A stretch of 64,000 nt of DNA from Salpingoeca rosetta (GCA_033442325.1 JAWQFM010000006.1:2025386-2089385); one strand, 5' to 3'. Shown: positions 1 through 11,479, numbered from the stretch's first letter. The notes: generated by a model from the sequence alone, not told the origin. Program-made: numbers and translations.

Positions 1-86
1 TGTGTGGGGGGGGGGCTGGTCCATCGTAATTGGGGGAGGGGTTCCATGGTAGCACGGGGTTGTGTGGCTGTGTGTCCATGCTAGTT

Positions 87-124
<38 letters not shown>

Positions 125-127
125 GTG

Positions 128-310
128 TGTGTGTGGTGGGCTGGTCATTGACTCCCTCAGTAGTAAAACGGGTTTACTGAGTGCTTGCGCAAGAGAACGA
201 GTGTGTCAAACGCTTAATGGTTCGCAAAGAGAAATCCGGCGTCTTGGGCAGGTGTCTTGTTGGTGTTGATCCGGGGTGAAGCCAAAATGGCTTCTCAGGT
301 GGAGTCCACA
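128..310 (-). ncRNA. Candidate Fanzor omegaRNA (scaffold ~308-148 plus ~20-nt guide 147-128)
   Basis: Overlaps the last ~45 codons of the Fanzor ORF. Hairpins at 294-278 (GAAGCCA/TGGCTTC) and 181-156 (CTCAGTA/TACTGAG, containing the stop codon). The second hairpin is followed directly by GGAGTCAA (155-148), whose GGAGTC can pair with GACTCC at 306-301. Boundaries are inferred. Confidence 0.5.
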
Positions 311-2637
311 AGCCAAGGGGCAAATCGTGTCTCAGGCCGAGACCGATAAGCCCGATGGCGGTGGCTCCAACGACGTCGCGGTCTCGCGCGACGCCGCATG
401 CCGGGCAACGCGTCAAACGCGTTGCCGAGGAGTATTGTCCTTGCACACCGCAGCAGTAGGTGTACTTGCTGCTGCGGTACTCGCTGGTAGTCTGTGTGTG
501 ATTGTGTGTGAGTGTGTGTGCGTGTGAGGTAGTGCATGCACCGACTAACCCTATAATTCACATGGAGACACATCCATACTCTCTCTCACACTCTCTCTCC
601 TCACCTGAACGTCGAGCAGCTTGCTGATGTGTTTGCGAAGTTGTCCCGTTGGGCCGTGCAGACCTGCTCCTCGAGTTCTGAAGCCGTTGCTGTGTGTGAG
701 TGAGTGTGTGAGTGAGTGAGTGAGTGGGTGTGTGGGTGTGTGTGTGAAACAAAGAAAACAACAACGTACCTTGCCGCGTCGCCCCAAAAAACCTTGGCGC
801 CGGGGAATGTTTTAGCGACTCGCAACGCAAACGCGCGCAAGTCCCGCCGCCGTGCCAAAAAGCCATGGAGCAGTTGTTTCCTGTGCCGTCTTGTGAACTT
901 GGTCCGAGTATGCTGGCGGTGTGCCAGCTCCTCAATCGTATGGGGATGTCGTATGGGTCTCTGCTGCTCCACGCCTTGCTGCGCTGCTTGCCATGCTTCC
1001 TTGTGTGCCTGCCTTTTCTCCCGTCGCGCCTTTTTCTGCTTCGACGAGAGAAGGCGACAGTGGAGGAAGTTTGCCCAGCGCTGTTGCCTGTAGCGCAGAA
1101 CCCGCCCCGTCTGTACGCAAGCCAGTGTCACTGGGACGCGTACGCCGGGATCGCACCCAACCACGGTTGGTTGGGCAGTCCTCTGACGCAAGCGACACTT
1201 GCGACGGCGACGGCGACGGCGACGACGGGATCTTGTGCGTCGCTGGCTCTTGGTCAACTTGTCCTTGCTGGCATTCTGATCCGCAACGACCTTGCCACCA
1301 TTCTTGTTCTTGGCAGCCCCCTTCGGCTTCTCCTCTACCTGCAGGCAGACGTGTGCTGCGACTCCGTCCGTTACGAAGGACGTCGCTTCCTTGAGCCGCT
1401 CGTGGTCTCGAGGGCGCCTTGGGCTGAAGAAGTCATCAAGGCGAGACCCATCGCCTTGACGGGGTTGTATCTTGAGGAGGCGCAGCGTGGATTTGGAGAA
1501 GCGCAGGTGTCTTGTGCCTCGAAACAGGGGAAGGAGCGGTGGGTGCTTGTAACGGATGTGGCTGTGCAGCAGGAAGACAAGGAGACAAGGTGCATGTGAG
1601 TGTGTGAGATAGTAGTTGACATGAGCGACGAGCAGTGCACATGGACACATGCATCAGACACACCTGTACTGCCGCAGTGCCTGGTTGACTGCAAACACAA
1701 AGCCCAGGCGCTCCTCATTTGTCTTGCAATCTGTGAGCAGGTCTCGCAGCTCAGCGTACTCAAGATCATCCTCAACTGAGTCCTTCTCTTGGTCCTCCTG
1801 GTCCTCCTGCTCTTGCTCCTTTGCTTTCTGCCGCACATACCTGAAAGTACGCAGCCAGCGTGCTGGGGCGTGCCTGATGTGGAGTTTCAGGGCTCCTTGA
1901 AGCGTTCGGCAGGTCATGTCAAGGAGGTTGTGTGCGATGGCCTTGATCTGTGGTGGCGTGTTGACTGGGGTGGTGGCGTTTGGCATTGTGCGGCTGACGC
2001 CGCGAAGGGCCGATGTCTGCCGCGTGAAGGCTGTTGTGGAGACCTTGAGGGCCTCCCATAGGCCTGGTGCTTGGTACGGCTGCTTTTTAGCGCGGACAGC
2101 GCGGCGAGGCTGCTTCTTGGAGCATGTTGTGTGGCGAGGACGCTTCTGAGGACGAACAGCGCGCCGAGGCTGCTTCGTGGGAGGAGGCTGAAGCTCACGT
2201 GCCAGCACGCGCTGGGCCTCTCTTGTACTGACATCGTGGGCTGGCACCTTCTTCTTGCAGATGACAGCGAGCAGCGTATCAACGTCCTCTGGCCCAAAGC
2301 CATCGACCTGCGGGATGGCTGACGACTTGCCTTGACCAGGCCCCTTCCTTCGCCGCCGCCGGCGGCGCTTCCTTTTTCGTTTGCGCTTCTTCTCACTCTT
2401 CTCCTTCTCCTTCTCCTTCTTCTTCTTCTCCTCCTCCTCTTTTCGCTTCTTGATTCGCTCTTGGAGCTCGCTCTTCATATCCACTCCCTCTGTGCTCTGT
2501 AGCAGCTGCTCCAGCACCTTATCACTCGCCTTGCAGACGAGGTCGCTCACCCACTCCACGTGCTCCACACATTCCGCCACACGTGGGTCAAGGCCCAGGC
2601 TGGCAAAGGTCCGTGTCGCAGAGACAAACTTCTTCAT
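174..2637 (-). CDS. Fanzor (TnpB-like RNA-guided RuvC endonuclease), probably Fanzor1-type; 4 exons 2637-1664, 1561-770, 689-605, 491-174; ~722 aa
   Basis: Three GT-AG introns join the pieces in frame (974+792+85+318=2169 nt). The spliced protein has RuvC-I VVGCDPGVRVPVT (Asp codon 1152-1150), then VFWGDAASNGFRTRGAGLHGPTGQLRKHISKLLDVQTTSEYRSSK (Glu codon 482-480, in the Fanzor 'vdEyrTSk' position), Cys finger YCCG...RCPACG and RuvC-III RDRDVVGATAI (Asp codon 377-375). It also has LLPLFRGTRHLRFS and N-terminal MKKFVSATRT...VSDLVCKAS, which resemble Fanzor1 N-terminal regions. Confidence 0.9.
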
Positions 2638-2831
2638 GCTGAACAAGCCGGTGAAAATGGAGCAATCGATGGCCTTTTGTTTGGGTTTTGGGTGGGTGTG
2701 GTGCTTCGCGCGCGTTCTGCACTCCTCCCGCCGAATTCCCACAACCGGCAATGTTTTTGAAAGGCTTCCACGGTGAGGGGTTTTCACCTCCCTGATTTTG
2801 CCAACAAACAAACAAAAAGGAAACAACCAAC

Positions 2832-2914
2832 CAAGAAGGAAACAGGCAAACAAGAAGGAAACAGGCAAACAAGAGAAGGAAACAGGCAAACAAGAGAAGG
2901 AAACAGGCAAACAA
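2832..2914. repeat. Four tandem 19-21 nt repeats (aa(ga)gaaggaaacaggcaaac) upstream of the Fanzor ATG
   Basis: Directly visible; contiguous copies with no unique spacers. Confidence 0.9.
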
Positions 2915-2940
2915 CACCACACACTCTTCTTTTGAAAAAT

Positions 2941-2989
2941 TATGAAGGCGACATGGCGCACGCATGGCGTGCGCCATTTCGCCTTCATA
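2941..2989. other. 23-bp-stem inverted repeat/hairpin upstream of Fanzor
   Basis: tatgaaggcga-c-atggcgcacgc [atg] gcgtgcgccat-t-tcgccttcata: 22 of 23 positions pair, 3-nt loop. Confidence 0.9.
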
Positions 2990-4280
2990 TCCGCACCTGC
3001 GGCCACATATGGGCCAAAATGTGCCGTGCGGCAATAATGTGCCACATTGTGATGGGAGGTGGGTAAAGCTCATGTGTGTGGGAGCAGCAGCATCATCCCC
3101 TCGTGTGTGTGTGTGCATGTGGTGCACTCGCTCCTCAGCTTCCTCTGCACGGTTCACGCAGTCCTTGCACTTCTCTCTTTCTCTCTCTGTCTACACACAC
3201 ACGGATACACGGACACACACAGATACACACACACGGACACACACACAGATACACACGGACACACACGTGCACACACACACACACATGCGCACACACACAC
3301 ACACACGGATACACGGATACACGGACACGCACAGATACACACAGGCACGCTCCCCCCGCCCTCTCCCCCTCTCTCGCTGTTGCTCGTGCGTACACCTTTC
3401 TTTGCCGGCTGCTTAGACTATACTTACGCCACCGACGTCTTTGCACCCCCGACCTGCTTGGACGTCAGCCATGAAGCACTGATGCTGATGGCTCGAATAA
3501 CAGGCCCGTGTGTCCTCAAACGAACGCCAATCCCATGCGCCACGTGAACAGCGGCACTGCCCTTCCAAACAGAACGGCACCCCTCACCCGCTTGTGCAAC
3601 AAACGGGTCACCTTCTCCTCCCTCCCCGTCAGCTCTCTGCCTTGGCATGTGCGTTGCTCGTGGATGGTAAGATGGTGGGTGTCACCTGCGTTCCATCCAC
3701 TGCGCCGTGCTGNNNNNNNNNNNNNNNNNNNNNNNNNNNNNNNNNNNNNNNNNNNNNNNNNNNNNNNNNNNNNNNNNNNNNNNNNNNNNNNNNNNNNNNN
3801 NNNNNNNNNNNNNNNNNNNNNNNNNNNNNNNNNNNNNNNNNNNNNNNNNNNNNNNNNNNNNNNNNNNNNNNNNNNNNNNNNNNNNNNNNNNNNNNNNNNN
3901 NNNNNNNNNNNNNNNNNNNNNNNNNNNNNNNNNNNNNNNNNNNNNNNNNNNNNNNNNNNNNNNNNNNNNNNNNNNNNNNNNNNNNNNNNNNNNNNNNNNN
4001 NNNNNNNNNNNNNNNNNNNNNNGCGCACACAAACATAACGCACAACATCTTTTTTCTTCTTTTTTCTCTCCTTCCTCCCATAACAACACACATCAATTTT
4101 TATTACGCCACCACCAGCACCCGGCTTTCTTTGATTTCGTGCGCGTCGAGGAGACGCTGCACCATCTAGTAGTCTACAACTACGCCGGAATAATCACCTA
4201 GGCGGCAGCAGACCCACGACGGTGCTCCGATCATTTCCCACCAGAAGAGTTCTTCGAACAACATGCGCGGTGTGTGTGTG

Positions 4281-4404
<124 letters not shown>

Positions 4405-6302
4405 CATACATTCGCACTACTATCTTCGCCCACCAGCCTGCTACANNNNNNNNNNNNNNNNNNNNNNNNNNNNNNNNNNNNNNNNNNNNNNNNNNNNNNN
4501 NNNNNNNNNNNNNNNNNNNNNNNNNNNNNNNNNNNNNNNNNNNNNNNNNNNNNNNNNNNNNNNNNNNNNNNNNNNNNNNNNNNNNNNNNNNNNNNNNNNN
4601 NNNNNNNNNNNNNNNNNNNNNNNNNNNNNNNNNNNNNNNNNNNNNNNNNNNNNNNNNNNNNNNNNNNNNNNCATGTGTTGCACGCGTGCACACCTGATCA
4701 GACTCATCACGGGAACTGCCAGAGCCACACACCCACACATACGTGTTCGCCAACGCCCTCGCATCAATCAGCCATCCGCGACAGTGGCCATCATTTCATC
4801 AGCTTCGAAGGAGTGCTGCCAGCACAACCCACCCCTCGCCGCTTGTGCGTAACCGCATCACCACCCACCTTCTCCCCCTGGTTGTCGTCTTCGTCGTTGT
4901 GGCGGTTCTGCCTGCTGACTGGTGGCATGCATCGTCGCCCTCAGTTCATATCATGTCCATGTCTCTATCTATTCGTGTCATGTATGTTCAGCCCCCGTGC
5001 ACCCCTCCCTCCTCACTTACCGCATTTTGGTGTTGTGCCACCGCACTTGCTCCTCTGCCTCCAGTACATGAACAGCGGTGATTTCACGGCGTGCGTGCTT
5101 TCCCTCGGCCACACGGACGCGAGTGAGGAAGCAACTCTTGCATCCTGCATCTCAGGGTGCCAATCAAGCAACTCAACCTGCCGGTGAGTTGTGAAAGGCT
5201 GACGCAGCGGCGTCTTGGAGTGTCGGGGTGTACGCTGTGTACATACAGCTAACAGCAAGTAGTTGACTATGAACTTGCTATCTGGGCACGTTTTGTACTC
5301 TGTTCGAGGATTCCTTCTTGGCAGTGCTTGCCGCCTAAATGCCTATTGGGGTGTCATCTGGGTCCTGCATCAGTGCTTACCTCTGCTGCCTGANNNNNNN
5401 NNNNNNNNNNNNNNNNNNNNNNNNNNNNNNNNNNNNNNNNNNNNNNNNNNNNNNNNNNNNNNNNNNNNNNNNNNNNNNNNNNNNNNNNNNNNNNNNNNNN
5501 NNNNNNNNNNNNNNNNNNNNNNNNNNNNNNNNNNNNNNNNNNNNNNNNNNNNNNNNNNNNNNNNNNNNNNNNNNNNNNNNNNNNNNNNNNNNNNNNNNNN
5601 NNNNNNNNNNNNNNNNNNNNNNNNNNNNNNNNNNNNNNNNNNNNNNNNNNNNNNNNNNNNNNNNNNNNNNNNNNNNNNNNNNNNNNNNNNNNNNNNNNNN
5701 NNNNNNNNNNNNNNNNNNNNNNNNNNNNNNNNNNNNNNNNNNNNNNNNNNNNNNNNNNNNNNNNNNNNNNNNNNNNNNNNNNNNNNNNNNNNNNNNNNNN
5801 NNNNNNNNNNNNNNNNNNNNNNNNNNNNNNNNNNNNNNNNNNNNNNNNNNNNNNNNNNNNNNNNNNNNNNNNNNNNNNNNNNNNNNNNNNNNNNNNNNNN
5901 NNNNNNNNNNNNNNNNNNNNNNNNNNNNNNNNNNNNNNNNNNNNNNNNNNNNNNNNNNNNNNNNNNNNNNNNNNNNNNNNNNNNNNNNNNNNNNNNNNNN
6001 NNNNNNNNNNNNNNNNNNNNNNNNNNNNNNNNNNNNNNNNNNNNNNNNNNNNNNNNNNNNNNNNNNNNNNNNNNNNNNNNNNNNNNNNNNNNNNNNNNNN
6101 NNNNNNNNNNNNNNNNNNNNNNNNNNNNNNNNNNNNNNNNNNNNNNNNNNNNNNNNNNNNNNNNNNNNNNNNNNNNNNNNNNNNNNNNNNNNNNNNNNNN
6201 NNNNNNNNNNNNNNNNNNNNNNNNNNNNNNNNNNNNNNNNNNNNNNNNNNNNNNNNNNNNNNNNNNNNNNNNNNNNNNNNNNNNNNNNNNNNNNNNNNNN
6301 NN

Positions 6303-7003
6303 TGCACGCAAGCAAGGTCTGCAGACTTCGCTTCAACGCACAACACTGGGGCTGGCGCTGAGCCGACCGTGCGCGATGCTGTGCAGCGTGGCCCGTTCAA
6401 AGTGCACCTGCAGCACAAGCCCGGCCGTTTCGTCCGGGTGCATGGCGTAGTACGACAGCGCCTTGTTGAGGTGGTTTCTCTGCACCTTGCTCGCCTTGCT
6501 GGCAGCAGTGCGTGCTGCCGCCGCCGCCCACCGCCGATGCACGAGCCCAAGGCGATGGTGCGCCTCCCCCGAGCTTCAGCGACACAGCGCGACGCATTGC
6601 ACTGATCCAGGCCGCGTTGTCGTGCCGGCCGGCGGTGGCGGGCGCGGACGTGAGGTTGCGGCTGATGTCTGCAAAGATGGCGATGGCGCTGTTGAGGTAC
6701 GAGTCCACGTGCGTATCGTCGCGAAGGCCGGGGGCAGCACTCGCCAGCAGCGCCGCAAACCCAAGATGCGTGCCGCCCAGCTCAAGCTGGATCTGGTCCC
6801 ACAACTGCGGGTGCACGGCGCGGCGCGCAAGGCAGTCCTTCGCCTGCTGGTAGTACTGGATGGCGTGCATGTGCAGGTTGCGGTCAGCGGTTGACGCGAC
6901 AGCATGGGGACTGGCACCTGCCGTGCCCATGGTGGTGGTGGTGGTGTTGGTGGTGGTTGCTGCTTGTGGCATATTGGCATCCGACTGGCTGCGTTGGCTT
7001 TCT

Positions 7004-7035
<32 letters not shown>

Positions 7036-10000
7036 TGATTGTTGTTGTTGTTGCTGTTGTTGTGGCTGCGGCTGTNNNNNNNNNNNNNNNNNNNNNNNNN
7101 NNNNNNNNNNNNNNNNNNNNNNNNNNNNNNNNNNNNNNNNNNNNNNNNNNNNNNNNNNNNNNNNNNNNNNNNNNNGCCTGCTGCCGTGTGCGTGGTGCAG
7201 GGTCTGGCTGGCCAACTCTCGCCGCAGTTCCCCCAGCAGTGTCGTGCGCCACGGCCCGCTCCCAGATGCAGCCGCCTCCAGCCGTTGCCGTTGCCGCTGC
7301 CCGCTATCACCACCACCACCACCACCACTACCATCATCACCATCACCACCATCGCCATCGTCGTCGTTGGTGCTGGCTTTCGTGTCCGTGTGAGCGTCGG
7401 GTTGTTCTGATGCTGATGGCCGTGCTGACTTGTCCTTACTTGCATCGTGCACTGCGCCACTGCCACCACCATCGCCACCACCACCGCCACGACGCCGCGC
7501 ACGCTGTGCTTCCTGCGCATTCATGTGGAGTTGGTTGCGCGCGTAACTGATGCGCATGAGCTTGGCCAGGTTGCAGTTGATGACGGCCTGGTTCACGCGG
7601 TCCCGCAGGTTGCGAAACGCCGCCAGCGCGCGGAAGAAATGCGCACACGCCATTTGCTTCTGCTCTTCAAATTGCGCGGCAGACCAGGCAGTGAGTACCG
7701 GCATCTCCGATAGCTGGTCCATCAGCACTTTGGCCATCTCGTTGTGCGCGTTGCCCGTCTGCCGCACCAGCGTCTGCTCCTCCATCAGAGAGGCCTGCGA
7801 GTGTGTGTATGGTTTTGTGTGTGCGTGAGCGATAAGGGGAACATATGTGCCAGAGACAGGGCAAGAACAAACCAAGAGTCAAATAAGACGAGCAATCAAA
7901 CACACACACACACGCGCGCGCGCGCACACACACACGCACACACACACGCACACACACACACACACACACACAGACAGACACAACCAAGCAACCACAAACG
8001 CGCGCGCATCCCCCCCCACGCACACACACGCACACACACATGTACAGCCACCGCACGTTGTGGATAAAGTCGTAGAGAGCGAGTGCCGCCTTTGCCAGTG
8101 CCGCTCTGTCGCTGGGAAGAGGAAACGAGACAACGGCCTGGCGCTGGAGCAGCGATCCCCCAAAAGTGCTTGGAATCGAACCAAATTGCTGGCCCCAATC
8201 ACGCGTGTCGCCATCACCACCAGCACTGTTGCCTACACCACTGCCATTCCGGCCGACCTTGTCCTCGCTCGAACCGCTCGCCTTCATCACCATATCGCCA
8301 TCATCACCGTCATCGTTGTCATCGTCGTCATTATTGTCAGTTTGTGCTGTTGGCGGAGGTGTTGCCGATGTTGACGGTGGCGGCGGTGCGCTGCTGCAGC
8401 GGCTGTTGTCGTTGCTGGTGGTGGCCCCTGGAGCTGTCACCATCACACGCGCGCGTCCAATCAAGCAGCCACACCTCCTTCGTCGGCACCACATGCCCAC
8501 ACCCGCCCCCTTTCCCTGCAGAAGAAGAAGAAGAAGAAGAAGAAGAAGAAGAAGAAGAAGAAGAAGAAGAAGAAGAAGAAGAAGAAGAAGAAGAAGAAGA
8601 AGAAGAAGAAGAAGAAGAAGAAGAAGAAGAAGAAGAAGAAGAAGAAGAAGAAGATGATGAGGTGGAGGAGAAGGTGGTGGTAGTAGAGGAAGAGATGATG
8701 ATGATGATGATGATGATGAAGAAGNNNNNNNNNNNNNNNNNNNNNNNNNNNNNNNNNNNNNNNNNNNNNNNNNNNNNNNNNNNNNNNNNNNNNNNNNNNN
8801 NNNNNNNNNNNNNNNNNNNNNNNNGATGAGGTGGAGGAGGAGGTGATGGTAGTAGAGGAGGAGGTGGTGGTAGTAGAGGAAGAGGTAGTGGAGGAAGAGG
8901 TAGTGGAGGATGTGGCGGTGGTGTCCCACCGCGCCAGAGCCGCATCCTGCCGTGTGCGGTATGTTGCCTCTGCCATCTGCTGGGGAAGGTGCTGGGGTGC
9001 GTCGTGGTGCAGCGCCGCAAGCGCCAGGAGCGCGTGTGCGGCCAGCGGCAACACTTTACCAAGCAGGTCGTCTTCTTGCTTCACGTGTGTCTGCAGCTGC
9101 TCTGCCGCCCTGATGGCAATGATGGGGCCCGCTGCTGGTGGCGGCGTTGGTGGTAATCGCGATCGCGATGGCGATTGTGTCGAATGTGCTGTCGTTGTCG
9201 TTGTCGTTGTCGTTGTTGTTGTGGTGGTGGTGGTTGTGCGCGATTGGTGGCCGTCCACGTGTTGTCGACCAGCCCTTGATGCATCGCCGCTGCGCTTGCT
9301 CTCCAGCTGTTCATCACCCGCGCCATTGACTCTGCTATCATTGCTCGCTGCACTCCCCCCCTCACCACCTTCCAGCTTACCACCACTACTGCCATCGCCT
9401 CCACGCTCTTCCGTTGTCATCACCATCCCCATCAGCACCGTCACCATCCCCATCAGCACCTTGACCTCCGCCGTCACCACCGTCATACCACGTGCTTGCT
9501 CGGCGCGCGCCGGTGCGGCACCGCAGGCACAGGTCACAAAAGCGGACGGTGGATCCAAACTTCCCGCGCTGCAACGCAAGCTTGGTCCCGCGCTGCAACG
9601 CAAGCTTGGCCAGCGTTGCGTAATGGTGTGCGGCGCGCGTGAGCACCAGCTCCAGCAGCTGCCGGCTGTGGCCGTCCTGTGGGTTGTCTGCAATCCACTC
9701 CACCGCTGGCTCCAACAGGTCCAAGGCAACGAGCTGTGCATGGTACGCATCAGTGTCGGGTGGCCGACGCGGTGGCGGTGATGATGAAGATGTTGGTGGT
9801 GTTGCTGTTGATGATGACGAAGCACTGGCACCAGCACGACCACTGGCACCAGCACGACTACGCCCCTGCCCCTGCTGCTGCTGCTGCTGCTGTTGCTTGT
9901 GTGCGCTTGGCGTGCGGGCTGCACCACGTCTTCCATCACTGCCATCACCACCACCATCACTACCATCACTACCATCACTACCATCACGACTGCCACCATC

Positions 10001-11479
10001 GCCATCGCCACGATGATCAGCGAGGTTGAGCCGGGCGAGGACGTGCGGTGGCATCTGGCTCAGGTGCAGGTTGATGGCGGCTGCAAGCTTCGGATACCGC
10101 TCTGCCTCCACCAGGTTACGTGCGTTGGCCAGGAGTCGACACACCGTTGCATCATCGTCGTCCGTCTGGGGCTGGTCGTCCTCCAAAATGCGGATGGCAA
10201 TCTTGTACAGCAGCAGCGCGACCGAGTGCGAAAACGGGTTGGTCACGTTTGAGTTTGGGTCTGTGGACAAGGACCGCGATTGCTCAATGAGGGCGGTGAA
10301 GTCGTACAGCCGCACAATGTCGTCATCCTCGCCCTTGTACAGCCAGTAGGTGTGTCCTTCCTCCGTGCAGTTCTTGTTGAGGAAGGTCTTCATGGATTGC
10401 GCAATGGCCACAACGGCCTCTGGATCAAACCCGCTCATCTCGGGCAGGTCCTCTGTTGTGATTGTCTCGTAGCGTGACACAGCACCGTTCTGTGTTGGCG
10501 GTGGAGGGGGGGATGTAATTGGGCCGTGTTGTGTTGTGGTGGTTGGGCGTGATGTGTTGGTTGTGTATNNNNNNNNNNNNNNNNNNNNNNNNNNNNNNNN
10601 NNNNNNNNNNNNNNNNNNNNNNNNNNNNNNNNNNNNNNNNNNNNNNNNNNNNNNNNNNNNNNNNNNNNNNNNNGCAAACACATAAACACATACACACACA
10701 CACAAACAAACAAACACAAATACACACACACAAGCGAACACAAACTCTCTCACACACACACACACAAACTCACGCACCGTGTGGTAGCACATCATAATCT
10801 CTGGGACGTTGCACATGAGGTTGTCCAGCCAGAGATCCATGCCAGTGAGCACGTTGATTGACTGTCCGTCCTCCCGCAGCTTCAGGCTGATGGCCGGCAC
10901 GGGCTTCTCGCCATCGCCAAAGATGGCAAGGTCAGACGTGACGACAGAGCGGATGTCGTGGAAGGACCACAGGTGGTCGTGTGTCTGCCAATACGAGCGA
11001 ACAGGAAGACGCTGCTCCGCCTGTCCAACAACCGTCGACAGCAGCAGTTGGTTTGCCTCATGCCCACCACTACCGCTACCGCTGTTGCCACTGCTGTTGT
11101 CAATGCTGGCGCTGGTGGTATTCGTGTCCTCGTTTGATGGGGGAGGTGGCAGGGAGAGCGATGCCGGAAGGTGTGCAAGCGACGTGGATGTCTGTGACGA
11201 CGAGTTGCAAATCGCTGATGGCGGTGTCGCTGTTCCCGACGACACCGCACCATCGTGCACAGCGCTGCTGCCGTGATCCAAACTACCATTACCACCACCA
11301 CCATCATCGCTACCAGTGCCATCGTTGTTTGAGTCATTGGCATGATACAGCGGCGTGAATGGAAGAGGAATGGGGACTTGGTCGCGCTGGCTCACGTGTG
11401 AGAGAGGAAGGTACTCCAGCTGTGGCAGTGCCGGCAAGACATCTCCCGCCCTACTCACCACAGTGGTGGGCGGTTTCAT
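6303..11479 (-). CDS. EDRF1: Erythroid differentiation-related factor 1 (EDRF1)-like gene; multi-exon, interrupted by gaps, with apparent frameshift(s); 5' and 3' ends uncertain
   Basis: Motifs SDLAIFGDGEKPVPAISLKLRE...INVLTGMDLWLDNLMCNVPEIMMCYH and AIAQSMKTFLNKNCTEEGHTYWLYKGEDDDIVRLYDFT, plus C-terminal GNAHNEMA, NQAVINCNLAKLMRI and AIQYYQQA, match the EDRF1 family as recalled. Confidence 0.85.
8520..8655. repeat. (GAA)n microsatellite, about 45 units, next to an assembly gap
   Basis: Directly visible; could encode poly-Ser on the minus strand within the EDRF1-like gene. Confidence 0.95.

Larger units (their letters stand above)
148..3060 (-). mobile_element. Putative non-autonomous Fanzor-carrying element (ends uncertain)
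   Basis: The Fanzor gene sits between a structured 3' end finishing in TCAA and an upstream palindrome/repeat block. Host-like CA microsatellite sequence resumes on both sides. No transposase, TIR or TSD was identified. Confidence 0.4.

Noticed and set aside
1-147. gggctggtc at 13-21 repeats the predicted guide region (138-146), suggesting a self-target or TSD
   Set aside because: Only a 9-nt match in low-complexity sequence, and both copies are on the same side of the element.
2832-2914. Repeats near an RNA-guided nuclease read as a CRISPR array
   Set aside because: The copies are contiguous with no unique spacers, and they lie 5' of the gene.
2638-3045. N-terminal extension of ORF 1654..3045
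   Set aside because: It has a non-ATG start and runs through the hairpin and tandem repeats; ATG 2637 fits the Fanzor N-terminus better.
8655-8910. Near-duplicate sequence on both sides of the gap at 8725-8824
   Set aside because: Probably a low-complexity Ser/Thr repeat or an unmerged contig overlap, not a distinct element.
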